A stretch of 33,156 nucleotides of DNA from an uncultured bacterium (GTDB lineage: Bacteria; CAIJMQ01): contig CAZNJA010000012.1 in the NCBI GenBank assembly GCA_964573245.1, forward strand, positions 252 to 33,407. Direction: 5' to 3'. Positions 22,478 to 31,500 of this stretch are shown piece by piece; position 1 is the first letter of the stretch, and the number at the start of each line of letters is the position of its first letter. The notes below the pieces were generated by a model. It saw nothing but the letters and a program-made list of their open reading frames with translations, was not told the DNA's origin and made no database searches. A program made the translations under genes and the position numbers.

Positions 22478-23086
22478 ATGAAGAGGCTAATCGGATGGAT
22501 GGTAGTTTTGAGTCTTTTCGTTTTCACTGCAGCAGTAGTTGCAGCTGATAAAGATGTGGATGAACAAAAAAAACTCCTGGAAGCGGCGAAGATTGAGTTG
22601 AATAACATGGAGTGGAATATCAAATTGAGCCCCATAGGCGAAACAAATGCTCAAGGATATGAGGAAGATACGCTGCTTTTTATTGACAGCAAATTTTCGT
22701 CAGAAAAATTAGAATCCGAAAAGTTTCCCGTCTCAAACTATACAGTCTCGCTTAAGGGAGAAGACGTAATTATCTGGGAGACAATGCAGACAAGCGAAGA
22801 TGCAGGGGTTGCCTTCTGGCGTGGGGAATTAGAAAACGACGTAATGAGAGGAGTCTTGAGTGTGCATCCTGCCGAAAAAACATATATGGATTTTTCATTT
22901 TACAGTATCCAGAGAAAAGAGCTTGCAGCCAAGCCACCCAGAGCGGAGGAAATAAAGAAAGAGTCAACGCCGGAATCGGCAAAACCAGAAGAGATGAAAC
23001 AAGAAGCGACAGAAAAGATAGAAGAAGCTCCCAAGGAAGCAGAAGAAAAGCCTGCGCTACCTAAGAAAAAACATTGGTGGCAGTAA
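22478..23086 (+). CDS. Secreted hypothetical protein with 'WETMQ' beta-rich domain and E/K/P-rich tail
   Basis: AAGGAG RBS, Sec signal peptide (AVVA), and a domain clearly paralogous to the C-terminus of 23635-24918. Confidence 0.85.
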   Translation: MKRLIGWMVVLSLFVFTAAVVAADKDVDEQKKLLEAAKIELNNMEWNIKLSPIGETNAQGYEEDTLLFIDSKFSSEKLESEKFPVSNYTVSLKGEDVIIWETMQTSEDAGVAFWRGELENDVMRGVLSVHPAEKTYMDFSFYSIQRKELAAKPPRAEEIKKESTPESAKPEEMKQEATEKIEEAPKEAEEKPALPKKKHWWQ

Positions 23087-23473
23087 GAACAAGACCAATT
23101 GACAGTCTAAAAAAATAACATAAGAAGATTACCTGCAATTTGTATTGAACGTGGTAAGAGAATTTCTCGCCTTCCGTATGTGTAGACCAAAGACCCCTGT
23201 CCCCGTAGTCCACAACAAAAACTAACGGTGTTCAATTCTCACCCCAGACAAATAACGGTTATCAGTTGCGGTTATTTAAACAGGGAAATATAATAGGGGG
23301 AAAATCTGGTTTTATTATATTTACTTCCTAGAATATTGAGTCAATTAATCTTAATAAAATTTTTCCGTTTCTGAATATATTAGCTTTCTTAGCTATATGT
23401 CAGAGGATTAAAAGATTCTCTCTCCTCTCTCTTATTCTTCCCCCTTAATAAATTTTATCTCCGTTGTTTCCCC

Positions 23474-23501
23474 TTGACAATACAAACTCCCATGATAGAA
23501 T
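23474..23501 (+). promoter_or_regulatory. Sigma-70 promoter upstream of the RAYT-fusion/giant-gene unit
   Basis: TTGACA (23474-23479), 16 nt, TAGAAT (23496-23501) with a TG extension. Confidence 0.6.
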
Positions 23502-23509
23502 AAAACTAC

Positions 23510-23619
23510 AAGTGTCAGGCACCTGCTCTTTTAAAATAGGCATATTGAATTGCAAAAAGACGATTAAACGTAATCCGGGGACATCAAAACTTTTTTGACA
23601 GTGAAAGGTGCCAGGCATT
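23510..23619. repeat. Two short palindromes AAGTGTCAGGCACCT (23510-23524) and AGGTGCCAGGCATT (23606-23619)
   Basis: Related imperfect palindromes (core GTGYC-A-GGCAY) directly upstream of a RAYT-like gene; they resemble REP units. Confidence 0.55.
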
Positions 23620-23634
23620 AAAGGAAAAATTAAG

Positions 23635-24918
23635 ATGCCGAGATTACCGAGGATTCATGTAGAAGGAAGCTTATATTATATAACCTGCCAGAGCCATCAT
23701 TCCAACGAATTATTTAAAGATAGTAAAGATTATAATAAATATTTCAACTTGTTAGTCACATCTAAAAATAAACACCAATTTAAACTCTTCTCTTATTGTC
23801 TGTCTTCCGATAAAGTTTATCTCTTAATAGGTATAAACCCCGAAGGCTCAATTTCGGAGGTTATGTTTAACCTGAATTCTTTCTATACCAAATATTACAA
23901 TTCTCGTTATGGGAAAAAAGGACCGGTATTAGCAGGAAGGTTCAAAAGTAAATGGATAGAAAAGGGAACCTACCTTTTACCTTTAACAAGATATATACAT
24001 CGTATATCTATTAATAAAGATTGTGTTTACACAAGTTATCCTGCTTTTTTAGGAAAATCGTCTCCTATCCCAATAACAGACGAAATCCGAGAAATCATTT
24101 CCTGTTTACCTTCAAACACCGGCTATAAAGATTATGTGGAAAAAGCAACTCGTAGGGAACTGAAAGATTTAGAACAAAAATTAGCACGCAATAGATTTTT
24201 GGGCGCTAAAGAATTTGAACAGAAGGTTAAAACTACGCTCAAAGCTTATAAAGAAAATAAGAAAAATAAAGTTACAGCAGAAAAGGTAGAAGTAGTATTG
24301 CAAAAGCACATTCCTAAAAATTTGCTTTGGGGAAGTATAACGGTAACAACATTACTTTTGTTGCTTGTCGGCTATTTTTATAGTCGCCAACTCCTTTGGA
24401 AAGAAGAATTTAAGGTTGCTAAAGAAGAGTTTGAACAGAAGTTAACTAAGCTCGAACAAGCTCAAGTCCAACCCAATCTGCCCGCTACTGTCTCAATGGC
24501 GGGTGTGCAGGCAAAAGAAAAACCCTCTACACTTGGACATGTACTCCTGGGAAAAGAGAAAAGGAACATATCTGATCCCTTGGAGGGTGTAGTATGGGAG
24601 GTCAAATTGGGCCCTATTTCTTCCGAGGTTTCGCAAGAACCCCAAATAGATATATTAAAGTTTAAAGAAGGTAGATTTATCTCTAACATACTTACTAAAG
24701 AAGGATTTGGTCCCTCTAACTATTCCCTAATGCATAAAGAAAAAGGAGTCATTATCTGGGAGACTATGCAGAGTGGAGATGGAGGGGCAATAGCGAGCTG
24801 GCGTGGGAAATGGAACGGTGAAGTAATGAGAGGGGTTTTATCTCAGAAGTTTCCCGGAAAGGAAGCGAAGACTTTCTCGTTTATAGGATACATGAAGACA
24901 TCGACACAAAATGGATAA
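23635..24918 (+). CDS. Y1/RAYT transposase-like domain (HUH motif lost) fused to TM helix, coiled coil and extracytoplasmic WETMQ domain
   Basis: MPRLPRIHVEGSLYYIT, LFKDSKDY, LFSYCL, YTKYYNSRY...GRFKS, LTRYIH and YTSYPAF are RAYT hallmarks. The usual NHxH reads DKVY (23809-23820). TM at ~24322-24381. ATG at 23635 preferred over GTG at 23608. Confidence 0.85.
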   Translation: MPRLPRIHVEGSLYYITCQSHHSNELFKDSKDYNKYFNLLVTSKNKHQFKLFSYCLSSDKVYLLIGINPEGSISEVMFNLNSFYTKYYNSRYGKKGPVLAGRFKSKWIEKGTYLLPLTRYIHRISINKDCVYTSYPAFLGKSSPIPITDEIREIISCLPSNTGYKDYVEKATRRELKDLEQKLARNRFLGAKEFEQKVKTTLKAYKENKKNKVTAEKVEVVLQKHIPKNLLWGSITVTTLLLLLVGYFYSRQLLWKEEFKVAKEEFEQKLTKLEQAQVQPNLPATVSMAGVQAKEKPSTLGHVLLGKEKRNISDPLEGVVWEVKLGPISSEVSQEPQIDILKFKEGRFISNILTKEGFGPSNYSLMHKEKGVIIWETMQSGDGGAIASWRGKWNGEVMRGVLSQKFPGKEAKTFSFIGYMKTSTQNG

Positions 24919-24966
24919 GATTAAGGATAATATAATAATAGTAGAAAATACAATAAGGGGAACAAA

Positions 24967-25524
24967 ATGAGACAAAGAAAAGGGATAATTTTTATTCTCT
25001 TGCTCGTGAGTCTAATTTTTGAATTTCATATGCCGGAGGTTGCAAAAGCACAAGAAGAGAAAGTAGAGCAAGAAGTGAAGGAAATCCTGATAAAAGTTCA
25101 ACCCCGTATCATTGCTTTGCCGAAGAATGTAGAGATTTCTAAAGTTCATCTTTTAGCTGCAAGGATACGTTCAGTAGAATTAAGAGAGCTTTGCAATCAA
25201 TATAATGCTGTAAGTATTAAGAGATTATTTAAAATAAAAGAAGAATCTGATGGAATCAAACCGGTTAAAGGAAAGGACCCCCTGGTAAGTAAAGAAAAAG
25301 AAAAAACTAAAGAAAAAGTTGACCCCACAAAAGTCTTTACAAAAGCTAAACGGAAAGAACTATTGGCTCAAGACCAAGAAGTAATTGAAGTAAAAGATAC
25401 TTTTTTAATACAGTTTAAACCGAGTGACGATATTAATATGAAACAGGTAGCCAGTGAATATAGCGCGCTTTCAGTGGTATTGTTTGCCGAATATGTAGAG
25501 ATAGTAGGAGAGGAAGAAAAATAA
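24967..25524 (+). CDS. Secreted protein resembling a stand-alone subtilase (S8) prodomain
   Basis: Signal peptide (AKA), 'EILIKV', 'LRELCNQYNAVSIKRLF' and 'TFLIQF...DINMKQVASEYSALSVVLFAEY' match the S8 propeptide pattern; it stops with no catalytic domain. Confidence 0.6.
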   Translation: MRQRKGIIFILLLVSLIFEFHMPEVAKAQEEKVEQEVKEILIKVQPRIIALPKNVEISKVHLLAARIRSVELRELCNQYNAVSIKRLFKIKEESDGIKPVKGKDPLVSKEKEKTKEKVDPTKVFTKAKRKELLAQDQEVIEVKDTFLIQFKPSDDINMKQVASEYSALSVVLFAEYVEIVGEEEK

Positions 25525-25533
25525 CAAATCATT

Positions 25534-28500
25534 ATGGAAAGTAAAACTTTCACAAAAGAAAAATTCAAAGCAGGATGGTTTAAAGTTGGGCATATATTCC
25601 ATAGCCCTTTAGTTTTTATACTTGTATTTACAATCCTGTTTTTTGCTCTTTCTTCTCACACTGCATTTGCCCGTACTAAAGTCCAGTCAGGTTATACAGG
25701 TGAAATAACGGGCACAAGTCATACTATTGATATTGAGCCGGTGGATTTGGATAAAGCATTTATTATCTTTGATTTTCGCTGCACCACAACTTCTGATACT
25801 AGTCAGTATCCTTCAGCGCATGCCTGGGCGGCGAGATTTGTGGATAATGATACCATAGAATTTCACCGTTATTATGGTGCTAGTAGTGCAGGACACAGTA
25901 TTTCCTACTATGTGGTTGAGTCTGATGCTTATCAGGTTGAATATTTTGAGACGTCGTTAACTGCAGGTCAAATAACTAAAACCGTCAATTTATCTAACCT
26001 GACCCCTTCCGGTAAAGCCGTAGATTTTATACCGGGTCAAGCTTTCGTGGTTGCTCGTGTGACGGATTATAATAATACCAATGGAAACTCAATGAACGGC
26101 TGGTATACCAATTTTGAGCTGACATATAATACCTCTCCTACTCATGACCAGATATTTTTGCAGCGCCGAACGTCTGAATCCGGTGACACTTCGGCATGTA
26201 ATATCTGGGGGTTTGTAATTCAACTTTATGACGATTCAGAAGTTTATTATACTGCCGGCGGGTTTAATTTTGTTTCCGGCGGAGAATTACAGCAGTTCAG
26301 CGATATCCGTGATAGCTCCGGCGGCCTCTCATCACTTGACCGTTCAAAAGCATTTATGATTTTTCAGATGGATGTCAATAATTCAGCATTGACTGCCGAG
26401 ACAAGAGGCGCGCTTGCTTCAAGCACGCAGATATGCTGGAACAGGCGAAGTGCATCATCCACATATACCAATCCCTGCCATTTATTTTGGTATATTATCG
26501 AGCAGGGGACGTTAGGTGAAGCCGAGTCAGGAACACGTTTTATTCCATCAGGTACATTATCGGAAACACATACCTTTTCAAGCCCGCTTGATGTAAACTT
26601 AAGTTTTTGTCGCAGTGCCCAGGATTCAACCGGTCCGGGTACTCTTTATTACAGGGTGCGCCATACAACGCAGGTTATAAACGGCGGCGCTCAATTGGAG
26701 TTACGCAGAGGCGAGTCAGGCCAAAATGCCTTCTGTGACTTTTTTGCCGTTAAGCTGGAACCGATGATATTGTTCTCACCTAATGATGGAGGAACTTTTT
26801 ATGCCAATAGCGACTACGATATAACTTGGTATGCTCCGGAATGTCTTGGACCTTATAACGCTTCAAATAATCCCCCTTATGATAATGATGTAGAGATATT
26901 ATTGTCCAATGACGGCGGGACCAACTGGATACCGGTTATGACAACCGATAACGATGAATTTGAGACAATCACTTTTCCTTCAGGGCCAGGTACTACCGGC
27001 AACACAATGCGCTTTAAGGTAAGGGACCCAGATTGGAATAAAGTTGCCGGAGTAGAAATTGGCTCAAGGACTTCCGCAGGCGACTATTACAGCAGTGATA
27101 TTTCCGATATTGATTTAGAGATAGTTCCGGTTATTGATATTGTTTCTCCTGACGGAGGTGAAGTGTATGCTTATGAAGAGGATATTACTTTTAAGTGGAA
27201 TTATTACGGAGATTCGACTTCCAAGACCGTAAAAATAATGTATGATTCAAGCGGCGGCGGCGGCGGATATCCCGTAACCATTGCAACCGGGGTTACAGCA
27301 GCCTCAGGCGCCCCTGACCCGGTAAACGGAAACGGCAGCTATGCTTACGGAGCGAGTAACTGGACAAGCACGCCTTTTCCATTATCAAACACCTTAAAGA
27401 TAAGGGTTGAAGATGAAGCCGACAATCGGGTGAAAGGGAGTTCAGAATTAAACTTCACCGTAACAGGTGAGATTATTTTAGAAGCTCCTAACGGCGGACA
27501 GATGTGGAAAATAGGAGAGACAGAAGATATTACTTGGACTGCCGCGGGAGCAGATTTTATGACCAATGGAGTTAATATTCTTGTATCACGTAACTTAGGT
27601 GGAAGTTGGAGTAATATTGAAAATGGTGTAGTTGCTGACAGTTCACCATATCATTGGACGGTAGAAGCGCCTGCGTCAACCGAATGTTTAATAAAAGTAC
27701 AATCAGCTGATTTTCCGTTAATGGTGGATGAATCAGATGATATTTTTGAGATACGGCAGGTCATTACAGTCACAGAACCGAGTACACCGGGTGAGGTTTG
27801 GAAGGTCGGCGAATATAAAGATATAGAATGGGAGTTGCAGGGTACAATTGACAAAGTAGAAATTCACTATAAGAAAGGAGTAGGCGGTGCATGGATACCG
27901 ATAACAGAATCAGAATATCCGACCGGGTATCCTGCAGGCAGCCCTTACAAGTATACTTGGCAGGTCCCTAACGACATATATGATGAGGTGTATATCAGAG
28001 TACGGGATTTTGATAACAATGTGATTGAATATATTACCCCTTATATTTCCATCAAAGGTAAAATAAGCGTAGATGCTCCTAACGGAGGAGAGGAATATAC
28101 CGTAGGACAAACCGATGTAGTTATTACCTGGTCCTCAACGGGGACTATGACCGGAGAATATGTCAGGGTTTGGTTTGCTAAAGATGGAGTTGATTATGCT
28201 TATATGGATGTTACGGCTGCGATGGGATATCCATCAGGTAAGGATGTTGACAGTGGGAGTTTAGCATGGAATCCTGTTCCTGATGAGATTACCGAGACAG
28301 GCAAGATAAAGGTTGAGTTAATCGGTGATGAAAGCAGTGTTTATGATGTCTCAAATGATACCTTCTCAATTCAGGGTGGTTTAACTCTTACCTATCCTAA
28401 TGGCGGCGTAACCCTTTATGTTGGCGCTACAGATAGTTCACGCACTATTACCTGGGACGTAGATGGAAGCTTAGTTGGGCAACAGGTTACACTTACCTAT

Positions 28501-31500
28501 ACTATAGGCGGTAGCGGGGATAAGGCTATTGGTTCAACGGGTGCGATGGATGGGAGCTTTGACTGGGGTGCTTCAGCTGGTATTCCAGATGACATCGGAG
28601 ATAATCTAATTGTTAAGGTTGCCCTTTCCAGTAAGCCTGCCACTGTCTTTGATGTTTCTGACAGTGCAAATAAGATAAGAGGAAAGATTGCCAGTATCTC
28701 CAGCCCCACATCAGTTGATGAATGGTATGTGGATTCGGATATGTACAATATAGCCTGGACCATGGAGAACGATGCTGTAAGTATGGGAAATCTGGAGATT
28801 CGCTATTCAACCAGCGGCGCTTCATTCCCTGCTATTCAGGTTGTTGAAACGAATGTCAGTCCATTGGCTTCTCCCGTATCATGGCAGGTTCCTGATGAAG
28901 CGGGTATCATTACCACTACGGCACAGATAAAGATATTTGCTATTAATTATGCCTCCGACATACTCAAAATATCCGATGAATTTGAAATTAAAGGTAAAAT
29001 TACTCTTACACGGCCAGACCATGGCACGGATTATACATGGTATGTAGGGACTGATGAGAATATAGAATGGACGACTAAAGGCATAACCGATATTGATAAA
29101 GTAAATGTATATTGGGATGAAGGTACCGAAACATATACCAATCAGATTGCCGATTCTATAGCCAATGTCGAGGGGTTCCTCTGGCAGAATATACCCGCAG
29201 CAGCTATGGGAAATACAACACGGGTAAAGGTTGCAGGTTATGGCGATTACAGTGATGTATTGGATACCTCTCCGCAGGATGCTAAATACATTACGGTAAA
29301 AGGGAGAGTAGTAGTAGATTCGCCTAACGGTGACGAAGAATGGGTTTCCGGAACTGAGTATCCGATAACTTGGACACCTTACGGAGATATCGGAAATGTG
29401 CACCTGGAATACCACGACGGCATAGGATGGCATGATATAACCAACCCGGTAACAGGTGTTCCCGCCACAAAGTTGAGTGAGCCCTGGATGATTCCCGCTG
29501 ATGCTGCACCTGGAAGTGCTTATAAGATAAAGATTACGGCTTTAGCTCCCTATGATGATGTTACGGATGAATCTGATAACCTATTTACAGTCAGGGGTTC
29601 TCTTGACCTGACCTATCCTGACGGAGGGGCAGCGCAGGATTTTAACGTAAATGATATAGAGGAGATTCAATGGACTAAGACAGGAGCTATAGGAAATATA
29701 GAATTAAGATATTCTATAACCGGCGGTGAACCATATTTACTTGCAAATCAGATTGCTACTAATGTTTCTCCTACTAACCAGCCTGAAGGCGAAAAATATG
29801 GCGCAGGTGTATATTATTATCCTTGGTCAATACCTGCACCGGCCTTAAGCGATACTGTAAAGATCAAGATATTCCTTATATCGGATGAAGATAATGTTTA
29901 TGATGAATCTGTTAGCACCTTCAAGGTTAAAGGAAGCTTGCAGCTTACCGGCGAGGCTAACGGCGAAGGAGCTCCAACTTGGAAGGTGGGGGAAAATAAG
30001 ACAATCACCTGGGATGTAGTAGGGGCTTTAGGGAATATAGATATATATTATGCCAAAGACGGAATTCAATTCCTTGATAGTGTTGCCCTTGACGTTCCCT
30101 GCGGCACAGGAGGTAATGGCTCGTATTTATGGGAACCCATTCCTAATGATGTTATTGATGGCGCTAGAAACGAAAACATAAAACTTAAGATTACTACGCC
30201 TGCAGGCGATGTAAGTAGCACCTCTCTTAACCCGATTATTATTCAGGGACAAATTATAGTAGCCCAGCCGGACCCGGTCTTATATGTTGATGACCCCGAT
30301 AATCCAAACGATTATTACACTATAACCTGGACTACCAAGGGTATAGTCGGCCAAGTAAAATTGTCATACGATACAGACGGGAATGGTACTTATAGTAATT
30401 TTATAGAACAGATTGATAATGACGGCGATTATGATTGGGATATACCTAATTCAATTGGAAGTCAAGTCAAGTTTAAGGTTGAAGACTCTGTTTATAACCA
30501 GGTTTTTGGGATTACAACCGATTTTGAGATAAAAGGACAGATAAAAGTCACCGCTCCCACATCAGCCATTAAAGACGCCAGTGCATGGATTGTAGATAAT
30601 GCTGCATCCGGGCTTCCCAGCCAGCAGCTTATAGAATGGACCAATTACGGTGATTTGGGAGATGACGGCGGTAGTAATTATTATGTAGTGATAAAACATG
30701 CTGCAAACGGTGTGACTTTTGATAGCGAAATAACAAATGTTGCCAGTGGCAATAATGGCCCGCAGACCTTTAACTGGACCATCCCGGATAGTATCGCGAC
30801 TATTAATAGGATAAAGGTAATTGATAAAAACGACAGCAGTGTTTATGACACATCGGATGAGTTTGAGATTAAAGGTAAGATAGTAGTAACCGAGCCGGGC
30901 CCGGCAATAGGGGATGACTATTTTATAGGAGGTACTCCTATAGATATAACCTGGGACTATGCCGGTACCTTAGGCAATATAGATATGTTCATCAGTTATG
31001 ATGACGGAGTAAATTGGGAAGTGGATCCGTTTGCTACTGTTGATGTAGGGTATTCTCAGCCTTATCAGCTTTCTGTGCCCGATAATCCCACTACTCAAGG
31101 AAAGATTAAACTTGAACAGACAAATGACAGAACCTATGTCTACTCAGAATCTAAAAGGTTTGATATAAAAGGTTCGGTCTTTATGGATTCGCCTACTTCA
31201 TTGACCGAATGGACGGTTGATGCTGCCGATAATAGAATAGAGTGGCATACTACGGGTTCAATAGCAAACGTAACCCTTGATTTGGATACCACCAGCGGAG
31301 GCGGCGGTTACTCAATACCTATTGTTGCTTCAACACCGAATGACGGCGAATATATTTGGAGCATACCTGTCGGACAGTATGTAGCTGTAACCTCAGGTAA
31401 TCTAACATCAGACCAGTGCAAGGTGCGAATCAGGGATGCCAGCGACCCTACAGTGGAGGATTTTTCCGATGATTTCAAGATAAAACCGATGTTAGAAATA

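Noticed and set aside
23608-24918. Active IS200/RAYT mobile element
   Set aside because: The HUH histidines are absent and the domain is fused in frame to TM and exported domains. No tnpB is present.
27250-27267. (GGC)n tract as a phase-variation site
   Set aside because: Short in-frame triplet run encoding SGGGGG; a similar loop recurs at ~31294. Slippage would not shift the frame.
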